From positions 192,001-256,000 of the forward strand of contig JBHLMN010000006.1 in the NCBI GenBank assembly GCA_048938105.1: DNA of 64,000 bases. The letters run 5' to 3'. A program made the translations under genes and the position numbers. Below are positions 1 through 10,329 of the stretch, piece by piece (positions within the stretch are counted from its first letter, which is position 1; every line of letters starts with the position of its first letter). The notes beneath the pieces were generated by a model. The model was not told the origin of the DNA. It saw nothing but the letters and a program-made list of their open reading frames with translations, and searched no databases. The stretch comes from Promethearchaeota archaeon. GTDB taxonomy: Archaea > Asgardarchaeota > Heimdallarchaeia > Hodarchaeales > Hodarchaeaceae.

Positions 1-2455
1 TATCTTAAGCAATGGGGAGGAGATCAAAACTCATCCCATTGAGATTGGTTCTGATGAATATAATAATATTATCTCCGCTGATACACTAGAAGCTAATCTT
101 TACAAATCAGCAGTAAAATTAATTAATAATCCAGAGATCCAGAATCTTATTTCAGAGAGATGGCCCAAGGTTAAAATGAATGTCAGTGGCTATAATATAA
201 AAGATATGATAACAGATAATATGATTGATTTATCAAAAGCATTTTTAGGATCGGAAGCAACATTAGGGATCGTTGTCGAGGCCAAACTTAAGTTTATTGA
301 CAAACCAAAGAATGTAACCTTAGTAGTCATGGATTTTGATAATCTTGCTAATTCGGGAAGAGCTGTAGACTTAATTGTCAATCAGATAGGAGTAGCTGCT
401 ATTGAAGTCCTTGGTAAAAGTGTTATTGATTTCGGAGTTGAAATGAATCCTTCATTAAAACAGTTTATTCCTGAGGGTGTAGATAATATCCTTTACATTG
501 AATTTGACGAACAAGACGAAAAGATCCGAGCTGAAAAAGTTGAAAAAACCAGGAAATTAATTATGGAGCAAGAAAAACTTGCTACTGATATGAGGTTTTC
601 TGATGACCCCGTTGAACAAGCAAACCTTTGGAAAGTTAGGAAAGATGCTGTACCGTTACTTCAAAAAGTTCGGGAACCTCGTCGAATCATGGCTTTTGTA
701 GAAGATCAAACAGTTCCTCTTGAGCATTTAGGTCACTATATGACGAAATTACGAGAGGAAGTATTCCCAAAACATGGAATACAAGCAGCAATATATGGTC
801 ATGCATCAAAAGGCCTCGTTCATACACGACCATTTGTTAATACGAAAGATCCAAAGGATTTAAAGATTATTAAGGAAGTTGCTGATGAGATCAATTCGTA
901 TGTCATCAGTATAGGAGGAGCTGTCTCTGGGGAACACAATGATGGCCTTGATCGAGTCAATTATGTTGTTGATATGTATGGAGAAGACCTTTACGATGTC
1001 TTTAGGAAAATGAAGGCGCAATTTGATCCAAATGGAATTCTTAATCCTGGGAAAAAGATTCCAAAAGAGCAAGACCTCTTGATAAAGAATCTACGATTTG
1101 GAGCGGACTATTCAACTATAGATATAGAAACTAATTTAGTCTGGGACAATAAATGGGGATTTAAGGATGTTATCGAATCATGTCACGGTTGTGGGAAGTG
1201 TACTGTAGAATTAATTCCCCAAAGAGATTGTCCCATCTATAGGGCTAAAAAATCAAGTACAGGAGAACTAGCTTCCCCAAGGGCTCGAGCAAACTTGTTG
1301 CGTGGTATTATCTCAGGACAATTAGATCATAAGATTCTTTACTCAAAAGAGGCCAGACAGGTATTGGAAGACTGTGCAGGTTGTATGATGTGTATTGTCG
1401 ACTGTCCATCTGGCGTGAATATACCCAAGACAATGTTTGATGCAAAAATCATGCATTATAAGAGATCAAAATGGCCTTTTATTGGTAGAATTCCGAGAGG
1501 GCATTATTTCACAGGTAATTATGAGCTAATCGCGAGATTAGGAAGTACTTTTGCACCTCTATCAAATCTAGGGCTATGGGGACCAAACAAGTACATGATG
1601 CAACTTTTTGGAGGGGTGCACCGAAAAGCGAATTTTCCGAAGTTTCGTCGTAATACATTCCAAAAATGGTTTAAAAATTATCGAAAGACGAATCCTCCTC
1701 CAAAAAATCCAGTAAAGAAAGTCGCACTTTTCCATGGATGTTTTGCTAATTATACTGAAAACACAGATATTGCTATTGCAGAGGTTCAAGTTCTTGAGAA
1801 GAATAATATTGAAGTAGTTGTTCCAGATAAACAATATTGCTGTGGAATTCCACTTCTATCCAATGGTCTTGGTCATGTTGCGGTAAAGAAAGGTGAAAAG
1901 AACGCAAAAATCTTTGCGGACTATGTAAAACAAGGATATGATGTTATAACTCAATGCAGCTCCTGTTTCGCTACTTTAAAGGATGAATTGCACGATACAC
2001 TTGTTGGTAACGATGATTCCAAGTTAGTTAAAGATAATACCTATTTCTTCTCAGACTACATTCTAAAACTCTTAGAAGAAGGCAACTTAAACACTGATTT
2101 TAATGGAAAAACAGGTAAAAAACTTCGTTTTGGCTACCATGAACCATGTCATCTTCTTAGTACTGGAAAAAAAGGAATTTCAGTAAATCTACTTAAGAAT
2201 GTAGATGCTATAGATCTAGTTCCCCTGAAGACCGAGTGTTGTGGTCAGCTAGGATCTTGGGGTTTTAAATCAAAGAATTATAAATATGGACAAATGATCG
2301 CTGAAAGAAGCTTATATCCTGAAGCAAACAGAGATGATATTGATGTTCTAGTTACCGATTGTCCAACGTGTAAACTCCAACTTCTAAACGTTGATAAAGA
2401 GGTATATCATCCCACTCAAGTTCTTCGAGACGCTTATGGTTTGGAGAAAGTTTAA
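1..2455 (+). CDS. FAD-linked oxidoreductase with C-terminal 4Fe-4S and CCG domains (GlcD-GlcF/YdiJ-like D-2-hydroxyacid dehydrogenase); 5'-truncated by the window edge
   Basis: The frame is open from base 2 (ILSNGEEIKTHPIEIG...) and aligns with the interior of the next paralog, so the track start at 176 is internal. Motifs: GSEATLG, YGHASKGLVHTRP, GEHNDG, CHGCGKC, CAGCMMCIVDCP, CCG x2. Confidence 0.85.
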   Translation, partial: ILSNGEEIKTHPIEIGSDEYNNIISADTLEANLYKSAVKLINNPEIQNLISERWPKVKMNVSGYNIKDMITDNMIDLSKAFLGSEATLGIVVEAKLKFIDKPKNVTLVVMDFDNLANSGRAVDLIVNQIGVAAIEVLGKSVIDFGVEMNPSLKQFIPEGVDNILYIEFDEQDEKIRAEKVEKTRKLIMEQEKLATDMRFSDDPVEQANLWKVRKDAVPLLQKVREPRRIMAFVEDQTVPLEHLGHYMTKLREEVFPKHGIQAAIYGHASKGLVHTRPFVNTKDPKDLKIIKEVADEINSYVISIGGAVSGEHNDGLDRVNYVVDMYGEDLYDVFRKMKAQFDPNGILNPGKKIPKEQDLLIKNLRFGADYSTIDIETNLVWDNKWGFKDVIESCHGCGKCTVELIPQRDCPIYRAKKSSTGELASPRARANLLRGIISGQLDHKILYSKEARQVLEDCAGCMMCIVDCPSGVNIPKTMFDAKIMHYKRSKWPFIGRIPRGHYFTGNYELIARLGSTFAPLSNLGLWGPNKYMMQLFGGVHRKANFPKFRRNTFQKWFKNYRKTNPPPKNPVKKVALFHGCFANYTENTDIAIAEVQVLEKNNIEVVVPDKQYCCGIPLLSNGLGHVAVKKGEKNAKIFADYVKQGYDVITQCSSCFATLKDELHDTLVGNDDSKLVKDNTYFFSDYILKLLEEGNLNTDFNGKTGKKLRFGYHEPCHLLSTGKKGISVNLLKNVDAIDLVPLKTECCGQLGSWGFKSKNYKYGQMIAERSLYPEANRDDIDVLVTDCPTCKLQLLNVDKEVYHPTQVLRDAYGLEKV

Positions 2456-2768
2456 TCTGCAAGTCTAAAAGTGTCTATAGATTTAACCCTGAAGAATGTT
2501 AAAGCAACAACAAGCAGAACTCAGTTTGTTTTAGTGAAGAACAATATATGTTCTTGAAAAGCTTTACAATTAAGAATTTAGTATATACAGAGTCTATACA
2601 GGATAATTTAGAAACATCTACAGATATAATTCAATTATTTCATAACTATTCCAGTCTAGGTCTTGCTTGGTAGGTTTAAGCGTTATAGTTTTAAGATAGT
2701 ATTAACTATTGTAAAGCTGTGGTTTTCACCGAATCAAAGATATTTTCATTTAAAAAGAAAGTGAAAGT

Positions 2769-5735
2769 ATGTCTAATATTAAGCTTGAACCTAAAATAAT
2801 TAAGAATGAACTCGAACAAAGAGTAAAAGGGGAAGTAGCGATTGACGATATAACACGCAACTTCTATAGTACTGATGCTAGTGTTTATAGGATTGTTCCT
2901 TCATGTGTTGTCCGTCCAAAAGATAAAGAAGACGTTAAAGCTGTAATAAAATACGCCCACGAAAGAGGTATCCCTATCCACCCTAGAGGAGGCGGATCTG
3001 GGTTGGGTGGGGCTTGTTTAGGTCCAGGAATTGTATTAACTATTAGAGATCATATGAACCAAATTATTGAAATAAATGAAGAAGAATCGTACGCAATTGT
3101 TCAAACAGGCGCCATTATGGGAAATTTAAATCATGAACTGGCAAAGATAGGAAAAATTGTATATATAGATAATTCTTCAGAAAAATATTCTACAATTGGA
3201 GGGAATATTGGAACAAATTCCTCAGGATCTCATGCTGTAAAATATGGATACATGGCGGATTTTGTGGAAGAGCTGACTGTGATTCTTAGTAATGGAGAGG
3301 AAATAAGAACTCGTCCTATTGAAATCGATTCGGAAGAATACAAAAGAATCACTGCTGCCGACACATTGGAAGCTAAGCTTTATAAATCGGCAGTAGAAAT
3401 GGTTAATAATCCAGAGGTACAAAATCTCATTTCAGAGAAGTGGCCCAAGGTTAAAATGAATGTCAGTGGTTACAATTTGAAAGATTTAATACAAGACAAT
3501 AAGATTAACTTGTCTTATATGTTTTTAGGTTCGGAAGGAACATTAGGAGTTGTAATAGAAGCTAAACTTAGATTCATCAACAAACCAAAAGATAAAACCC
3601 TAATCGTCATGGACTTTGACAATCTTGCTGATTCAGGAAAAGCTGTAGACTTAATTGTCAAAAAGATAGGAGCAGCTGCTATTGAAATTCTAGGGAAAAG
3701 CGTGATACAAATTGGAATCGAAATGAATCCTGCTTTAAAGAAGTTTATCCCTGAAGGTATCGATAATATTCTGTATGTAGAGTTTGATGAGCAAGACGAA
3801 AAGATTCGGTCAGAAAAAGTTGAAAGAACGAGAAAATTGATTATCGAGCAAGAAAAACTTGCCAAAGACATGAGGTACTCTGACGATCCTGCAGAACAAG
3901 CTGAACTATGGTATGCAAGACATAATGCAGTACCACTACTTCAACGAGTTCGTGAACCTCGTCGAATTATGGCATTTGTCGAGGATCAAACAGTTCCCCT
4001 TGAATATCTAGGGAATTATATGGTGCATTTAAGAGAAGATGTTTTTCCTAAATATGGAATTAGAGCAGCAATTTATGGTCACGCATCTAAAGGACTCATT
4101 CATACCAGACCATTCATAAATACAAAAGATCCAAAAGATCTAGAAATTGTAGAAAAAATCGCGGAAGATGTAAATTCATATGTTATCAAAATCGGGGGTT
4201 CAATTTCAGGTGAACACAATGAGGGAATGATGAGAATAAACTTCGTTAAAGAATTGTATGGGGAAGAGCTTTATGAGCGTTTTAGACAAATAAAATTACT
4301 ATATGATCCTAAGAATATTCTAAATCCTGATAAAAAGATTACTGATAAAGAACACCGAATAGTGAACAATCTTCGCTTTGGAGGAGACTATTCCACAATT
4401 GATATCGAACAAAATCTTTATTGGGAGCCAGAATGGGGATGGATGGATGTCGTTGAACAATGTCATGGATGTGGGAAGTGCACAGTGGATTTATACCCCC
4501 AAAGAGATTGTCCAGTTTACCGTGTGAAAAGAGATGACAGAGGAGAGCTAGCCTCGCCAAGAGCGAGAGCAAACCTGATGAGAGGTATAATATCAGGACA
4601 ATTAGATTATAACATCCTATATTCTAAAGAAGCTGGAGAAATAATAGAAGACTGTGCAGGTTGCATGATGTGCACAGTTGATTGTCCTTCAGGAGTTAAT
4701 ATTCCTAAAGCTATGTTCGACGTAAAAACAATACATTACAAGAAGTCAAAATGGCCATTCATTGGAAAAATACCAAGAAGTAATTATTTCACAGGTAATT
4801 ATGGATTAATAGCAAAATTAGGCAGTTTATTCTCTCCTTTATCCAATATTGGTTTGTGGGGCCCAAATAAATATTTCATGCAGGTTTTTGCTGGAGTTCA
4901 TCATAAAGCTAATTTCCCAAAGTTTCGCCATAATACTTTCCAAAAGTGGTTCAAAAAGTATCGTAAAATGAATCCTCCTCCAGAGAATCCAACAAAGAAG
5001 GTCGCACTTTTCCATGGTTGTTTTGCTAATTACACAGAAAACACAGATATTGCCATTGCAGAGGTTCAGGTTCTTGAGAAAAACAATATTGAGGTTGTTG
5101 TCCCTACTAAACAAGTTTGTTGTGGCATACCACTTCTTGCGAATGGTCTAGGTCATGTAGCTAGAAAGAATGGAGAAAAAAATACAGCAATTTTCGCAGA
5201 ATATGTAAAACAAGGATATGATATTGTCACTCAATGCAGTTCTTGTTATGCCACTCTGAAAGATCAACTTTATGAAACTCTTGTTCATACTGATGAAGCA
5301 AAGCTAGTAACAGATAATACATATTTTTTCTCTGAATATATTCTAAAATTACTAGAGGAAGATAACTTGCAGACAGATTTTAACGGAAAAACGATAAAAA
5401 ATCTTAGTTTTGGATATCATGAACCTTGCCATCTTATAAGCACTGAAAACAAAGGAATTTCAGTCAAACTTTTCAAAGACTTAGAAATTATCAATTTTAA
5501 ATCGTTGAATACGGAATGTTGTGGCCAAATTGGTTCTTGGGGTTTTAAATCGAAGAATTATAAGTATAGCCAAATGATTGCTGAAAGATCATTATACCCT
5601 GAAGCAAAGAGAGATGATATCGACGTTCTGATTACTGATTGTCCAACATGTAAGCTACAACTTCTAAATGTTAATAAAGAGGTTTTTCATCCCACCCAGG
5701 TTCTTCGAGACGCCTACAGCTTAGAGAAACCCTAA
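2769..5735 (+). CDS. FAD-linked oxidoreductase with 4Fe-4S and CCG domains (YdiJ/GlcDF-like D-2-hydroxyacid dehydrogenase), tandem paralog
   Basis: PRGGGSGLGG FAD-binding PCMH motif, TIGGNIGTNSSG, GSEGTLG, GHASKGLIHTRP, GEHNEG, two 4Fe-4S motifs and two CCG domains. Highly similar to the upstream gene. Confidence 0.9.
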   Translation: MSNIKLEPKIIKNELEQRVKGEVAIDDITRNFYSTDASVYRIVPSCVVRPKDKEDVKAVIKYAHERGIPIHPRGGGSGLGGACLGPGIVLTIRDHMNQIIEINEEESYAIVQTGAIMGNLNHELAKIGKIVYIDNSSEKYSTIGGNIGTNSSGSHAVKYGYMADFVEELTVILSNGEEIRTRPIEIDSEEYKRITAADTLEAKLYKSAVEMVNNPEVQNLISEKWPKVKMNVSGYNLKDLIQDNKINLSYMFLGSEGTLGVVIEAKLRFINKPKDKTLIVMDFDNLADSGKAVDLIVKKIGAAAIEILGKSVIQIGIEMNPALKKFIPEGIDNILYVEFDEQDEKIRSEKVERTRKLIIEQEKLAKDMRYSDDPAEQAELWYARHNAVPLLQRVREPRRIMAFVEDQTVPLEYLGNYMVHLREDVFPKYGIRAAIYGHASKGLIHTRPFINTKDPKDLEIVEKIAEDVNSYVIKIGGSISGEHNEGMMRINFVKELYGEELYERFRQIKLLYDPKNILNPDKKITDKEHRIVNNLRFGGDYSTIDIEQNLYWEPEWGWMDVVEQCHGCGKCTVDLYPQRDCPVYRVKRDDRGELASPRARANLMRGIISGQLDYNILYSKEAGEIIEDCAGCMMCTVDCPSGVNIPKAMFDVKTIHYKKSKWPFIGKIPRSNYFTGNYGLIAKLGSLFSPLSNIGLWGPNKYFMQVFAGVHHKANFPKFRHNTFQKWFKKYRKMNPPPENPTKKVALFHGCFANYTENTDIAIAEVQVLEKNNIEVVVPTKQVCCGIPLLANGLGHVARKNGEKNTAIFAEYVKQGYDIVTQCSSCYATLKDQLYETLVHTDEAKLVTDNTYFFSEYILKLLEEDNLQTDFNGKTIKNLSFGYHEPCHLISTENKGISVKLFKDLEIINFKSLNTECCGQIGSWGFKSKNYKYSQMIAERSLYPEAKRDDIDVLITDCPTCKLQLLNVNKEVFHPTQVLRDAYSLEKP

Positions 5736-5760
5736 TATTCATATCTAATTATGTTAAAAC

Positions 5761-5792
5761 GTTGGAGGCCTTCCCAATCCAACCTTTTTTTC
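5761..5792 (+). terminator. Hairpin plus T-tract terminator
   Basis: GTTGGA-11 nt-TCCAAC followed by C and T8, just downstream of the stop at 5735. Confidence 0.5.
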
Positions 5793-5847
5793 ATTAAAAG
5801 AGACAAATTTCTGTTTTGTTGAACATCTAAAGGATTTACTTTTTCTT

Positions 5848-7617
5848 TTATTTCAAAAAACGACCTAAGAAGTATCTATCGGGGTCAAAGGATCTCAGAA
5901 ACTGCAACCATTCCACTGAGGGGGATGTAAACTGCTTTAGAGGCTTTCTTATTTCTAATTCCCAATTAATTATTTCTCTGATTTCATCAATTATTTGGGC
6001 TTCGTCTGAAATATCTCCAATATATCCAGTCAATATAAATGTCCCTTTGTTAGTCTTCTCAAGAAGGGCCCGAGTTGTTACACATATCGAAACATTATTA
6101 CCGGGGACCGTGATATAAGGTACCTCAATAGGAAACCTTCCAGCTTTAAGAGGAAGAAGCACGATGATTTCATTAGCATTTAATCCCACATCATTAGCAC
6201 CACCAGATCCAAATAAAATGAAAGAATCAACCCTAGTAGAATTGATATTACCATATATATCAATTTGACCAGCACCAAGCACTCCAAGGCTCTTTGTTTT
6301 TCGTAATAATGGGCCTAGGGATATAATAGAATCAACAATCGCAGTTGAACTGATTAGATTATTGAATTCAAAGATGTAAGGGCTAGCAGGCTTTGGTTGA
6401 TATCCGTAAAAACCCACTTCTGCGAGAAGATTAATATTTTGACCAGTCTCATGAAGTGAATAAGTAGCTAACCATGCTGCAAGATTGGATGCTCCCTGGC
6501 CTGCTAATATCGTTGTATATCCCTTCTTCTGAGCTTGGTTTTTTATAATCTCTGTTGCTACCCAAATCATATTCTCAACAGGAGTTGCAGGGTGATCTGT
6601 TTGGATCATGGATTTCTTGGCGGTTATAGCCCATTTCCAGTAAGATTCGTCCAAACGTCCACAATTTGCGGTTAAACGCTCTAGTCCTATTTTTTGCAGG
6701 TAAGATTCGGAATTTGTTTCATAAACCCATTCTTTCATCCATGAGCGCATTTTTTCAGGTTCTTTTGCTGATTCTCTAAAACTAATCAAGTGTTCAAGAT
6801 CTATATCATAACCAGCGCCTTTTGGCCCGTAATGAGAACCAGGATGCGCACCCCACGGTGATTCAACCACAAAATCTACAATTCCACCTGGTAGTGTGAG
6901 ACATTGATAAGTATTGGCTAATTGTCTAATAATATGAGAAGTTACTATCTTTTCTGCTGTAACTATAACCTTCTTACTTGCAAAACAACCCCAAAGGTTC
7001 TCACTATATGGGGGAAAAATAACAGCGTTTCCTGATTGATCTGCAGCCCAAGCATGAAGGAAACTAATATCTGGCACTAATTCCTTCACAATAGCAACAT
7101 CTTGAACTGAATTGAAAGGATTAGGAACGGTTCTGAAAGAATTTTGATTATCAATTGCCATTGTACTTCCAATAAGTGATGTAGTTGGAATGAATTTCAG
7201 ACCAAGGGCACCAGCGTACAATCGAAGAGAGAAAACCATTAATGACCATTGCTCAATCTCGAGACTATTATCTACAGCACGTTGAAAGACGGGTGAAATC
7301 CCTGGTCTTGGATAAACATCTCCCACATAGCTTGTTACTAACTTTGATACTAATCCTTCAGCTACAAGCATCTGAATTTGACTAGCTGAACCAAGTGATA
7401 TTACTTCGAATTGGGAATCCTGACCTACCGTTTGTCTGATAATTTCCCTGACAGAGGAATAAGGTAATGCACTGATACAAGCTAAATGTAGTTTCATTTG
7501 TGGTCTCAAAGTATCCTTTATTGCACCTGATAGACTAATACGCTTATCAGAATGGGTTTCCTGAATGGTATTCAGCTTTCCTTCAAGATCATGAGAAAAA
7601 AAAGCCATCGGACTCAC
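5848..7617 (-). CDS. Family I CoA-transferase, fused alpha+beta (glutaconate CoA-transferase GctAB-like)
   Basis: Alpha half: HAWAADQSGN, PWGAHP. Beta half: LLAEVG (putative catalytic Glu), GAGQIDIYGNINST, GSGGANDV. The likely start is the ATG at 7608 after a GGTGA RBS. Confidence 0.8.
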   Translation of the reverse strand: MSPMAFFSHDLEGKLNTIQETHSDKRISLSGAIKDTLRPQMKLHLACISALPYSSVREIIRQTVGQDSQFEVISLGSASQIQMLVAEGLVSKLVTSYVGDVYPRPGISPVFQRAVDNSLEIEQWSLMVFSLRLYAGALGLKFIPTTSLIGSTMAIDNQNSFRTVPNPFNSVQDVAIVKELVPDISFLHAWAADQSGNAVIFPPYSENLWGCFASKKVIVTAEKIVTSHIIRQLANTYQCLTLPGGIVDFVVESPWGAHPGSHYGPKGAGYDIDLEHLISFRESAKEPEKMRSWMKEWVYETNSESYLQKIGLERLTANCGRLDESYWKWAITAKKSMIQTDHPATPVENMIWVATEIIKNQAQKKGYTTILAGQGASNLAAWLATYSLHETGQNINLLAEVGFYGYQPKPASPYIFEFNNLISSTAIVDSIISLGPLLRKTKSLGVLGAGQIDIYGNINSTRVDSFILFGSGGANDVGLNANEIIVLLPLKAGRFPIEVPYITVPGNNVSICVTTRALLEKTNKGTFILTGYIGDISDEAQIIDEIREIINWELEIRKPLKQFTSPSVEWLQFLRSFDPDRYFLGRFLK

Positions 7618-7741
7618 CTAGTTTGATTTCAAATGAATTCAATATTTCAGCAAAGTCTTTTTAATTTATATTATCTCGATATTTGGCCAGAATAAATAAT
7701 CGTCTTAAGTAAAGAAAAGTATATTTCTAGCTGCGTGGCGA

Positions 7742-8254
7742 ATGTTGAAGTATGAATATCTAATGGATCCAATATTATTTAGACAGCATATTAAACATAA
7801 TTATGCTGATATAGTTTGGAATGCCTACCTTCAAAAAGAAAAAATTGAACAACTACTTAATAGGGAGCTTGTTGGATCTCTAAATTCAATAGTTCAGCTT
7901 TTCTTACAATATGTACTAAAAGAATGGAGTTGTCCAAATTGCTTACAAGTCATCCTTCCATTTATGAAAAATTGTTATCGAGATCTTCCAGAATATGGAG
8001 ATATTGTCTATGTTTCCTCTTCTGTCTTGTTAAGTAACTTTCCTGTATTATCGTGTCCTCATTGTGAAACAAAGATTGTTGTAATCGCTACGAGTGAACA
8101 TAGTGATATTTTTGAATTTCGCTATCAATTTATTAAGGGGGAAATTTTCGATTTGATTGAACAACGAGCTTTAACTGATTCTGAAATAAAAGAACTTCGT
8201 TTAACAAAAAAGGATCAGCGATCGTTGATAGATAAAAAATTAAGAACATTCTGA
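7742..8254 (+). CDS. Hypothetical protein with a CPNC...CPHC zinc-ribbon-like motif
   Basis: 170-aa ORF with an ATG start and two CxxC pairs, divergent from the CoA-transferase. Confidence 0.6.
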   Translation: MLKYEYLMDPILFRQHIKHNYADIVWNAYLQKEKIEQLLNRELVGSLNSIVQLFLQYVLKEWSCPNCLQVILPFMKNCYRDLPEYGDIVYVSSSVLLSNFPVLSCPHCETKIVVIATSEHSDIFEFRYQFIKGEIFDLIEQRALTDSEIKELRLTKKDQRSLIDKKLRTF

Positions 8255-8316
8255 GTAAAAATATCCAATCAGGGGATTATAAAAAAGAGGAGGAGGTTGA
8301 TGAAAACTTTATTAAA

Positions 8317-9183
8317 CTACAAGTATGTTTTAACTGCTTCAGGAATATCCCACGGTGTTTCAGTGACTTTAGCACCAACAGCTTCCAAGGAAGCGATTTT
8401 TCCTTGAGCTGTTCCAACATTTCCAGAGATTATAGCACCAGCGTGACCCATGCGCTTTCCTTCAGGAGCACTCTTACCTGCAATGTAAGCAACAACAGAT
8501 TTGCTTATATTTTGATCTTTAATATATTGTGCAACCTTTTCTTCGTCATCACCCCCAATTTCACCTATTAATACAATTATTTTAGTTCCCTGATCTTTTA
8601 CGTAATAATCAAAAGCCTCAATCAGAGTTTTTCCTCTAACTGGATCCCCACCAATGCCAATATATGCGGAAACCCCGATATCGGCATTTCCGATGGCTTT
8701 TGTAATCTCATATGATAGTGTACCGCTTTTTGCAATGACTGCTACATTCCCAAAATGAGCCATATCTCCTGGCATGATTCCTAGTTTGATTTTGTCAGGG
8801 ATGAGCATTCCTGGAGTATTAGGACCAATCAAATGCAATTTTTTCGCCTTCGCTGTTTCTACAAGACGAACCATGTCAAAAACTGGAACACCTTCAGTTA
8901 TAATACAGGTCATATTAACTCCAGCATCCAAACTTTCCATAACAGCACTATAAGTGAACCGAGCTGGGACAAAAATGATACTGGTGTCGACTCCACGCTC
9001 ATTGACAGCTTCTTGGACAGTATTGAATACTGGTACCCCAAGAACTTCTTGGCCACCTTTTTTAGGAGTGACTCCTGCAACGATATTAGTACCGTACTTT
9101 AGCATCAATTGGGTATGGAACTTTCCCTGATTACCAGTAATACCTTGCACAACGACTTTCGAATCTTCATTAATATACATCAA
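8317..9183 (-). CDS. sucD: Succinyl-CoA synthetase alpha subunit
   Basis: VVVQGITG, GPNTPG, KSGTLSYE, GIGGDP, and the phospho-His motif KRMGHAGA. Confidence 0.95.
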   Translation of the reverse strand: MMYINEDSKVVVQGITGNQGKFHTQLMLKYGTNIVAGVTPKKGGQEVLGVPVFNTVQEAVNERGVDTSIIFVPARFTYSAVMESLDAGVNMTCIITEGVPVFDMVRLVETAKAKKLHLIGPNTPGMLIPDKIKLGIMPGDMAHFGNVAVIAKSGTLSYEITKAIGNADIGVSAYIGIGGDPVRGKTLIEAFDYYVKDQGTKIIVLIGEIGGDDEEKVAQYIKDQNISKSVVAYIAGKSAPEGKRMGHAGAIISGNVGTAQGKIASLEAVGAKVTETPWDIPEAVKTYL

Positions 9184-9192
9184 AACACCTAC

Positions 9193-10329
9193 TTAAGCCA
9201 TAACCTCTTTGAGCTTACCAACTGCATCCATCATATCTTGGTAAGCATCAATACCCGCATTTTTGAGTATTGCAACACCTTCAGCCTCTCGTGTTCCAGT
9301 CAATCTTATTACCATAGGGGGAGCATCTGGAAATTCTTTCATTGTCAGTAATATAGCTTCTGCCACAACATCACACCTTGTTATACCACCATAAATGTTG
9401 ATTAAGACTGACTTAGGTCTCATTGTATAAATGAGCTTAAGTGCTTCATATACTCGTTCCTTACTGGCACCTCCACCAACATCCAAGAAATTCATACCTG
9501 CCAAGCCGTGTTGAGCCAAAACATCAAGTAAAGCCATTGTTAACCCTGCTCCATTTGCTAGAATTCCTATTTCACCATCTAGTTCAACAAAAGAAAAACC
9601 AACCCTTTGAGCAGTTTTTTCTAATTCAGTAAGTTTTCGTTTCCGTAATTCCACGATAAGCTCCTGACGAAACGCAGCATTATCATCCAGAGTCATTTTT
9701 CCATCTACAGCGACCAGGCCTGAAGGAGTAAGCACCAGTGGGTTGATTTCAACAAGTTGTGCTTCTTTTTTAGTTGTAATCTGCCATAGCTTCATGAAGA
9801 GATCTACAGCTGAATTAAGATTTTCACCTGAAAAACCTAATTTTTCAGCGACTCCTTTTGCAGCGACCTCACTCAATCCTTCTGTTAAAGAGATATTCTG
9901 CTTGATTATTGCCTCTGGGCGAGTGGCAGCTACTTCTTCAATGTCAATACCCCCTTCAGCACTTGCAATGAGAACGAAACGTCTTCCAGAAGAATCTAAG
10001 GCAATAGAGCAGTAATATTCATGTTTAATATCAGCAAGACCCTCTATGAGGATTGCTTCGACTCCATATTCTCCCACCATTCTGTCAAAGAATTCGTTAC
10101 ATATCGAAAGAGCTTCTTCTTTTGTTTGAGCTATTTTGATGAGACCTCGCTTCTTTCGACTACCAACTGCTATTTGGCTTTTTACTATAGCAGGGAAGTT
10201 GAATTGACTTATCTTTTCTTCAACATCTTCCCCTTTTATGATAACAAGACGATCAGCAAGGGGAATCTCATATTCACTGAAAATTTCTTTGCTTTCATAT
10301 TCGAGTAAACGAATTGTATATACCTCCAA
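9193..10329 (-). CDS. sucC: Succinyl-CoA synthetase beta subunit (probable true start is ATT at 10314)
   Basis: RLLEYESK N-terminus, EGGIDIEEVA, EINPL, NGAGLTMA, NFLDVGGGA, GGITRCD. Confidence 0.95.
   Translation of the reverse strand: MEVYTIRLLEYESKEIFSEYEIPLADRLVIIKGEDVEEKISQFNFPAIVKSQIAVGSRKKRGLIKIAQTKEEALSICNEFFDRMVGEYGVEAILIEGLADIKHEYYCSIALDSSGRRFVLIASAEGGIDIEEVAATRPEAIIKQNISLTEGLSEVAAKGVAEKLGFSGENLNSAVDLFMKLWQITTKKEAQLVEINPLVLTPSGLVAVDGKMTLDDNAAFRQELIVELRKRKLTELEKTAQRVGFSFVELDGEIGILANGAGLTMALLDVLAQHGLAGMNFLDVGGGASKERVYEALKLIYTMRPKSVLINIYGGITRCDVVAEAILLTMKEFPDAPPMVIRLTGTREAEGVAILKNAGIDAYQDMMDAVGKLKEVMA

Noticed and set aside
176-2455. ORF-track start at 176 as the true gene start
   Set aside because: The frame is open to the window edge and matches the interior of the 988-aa paralog
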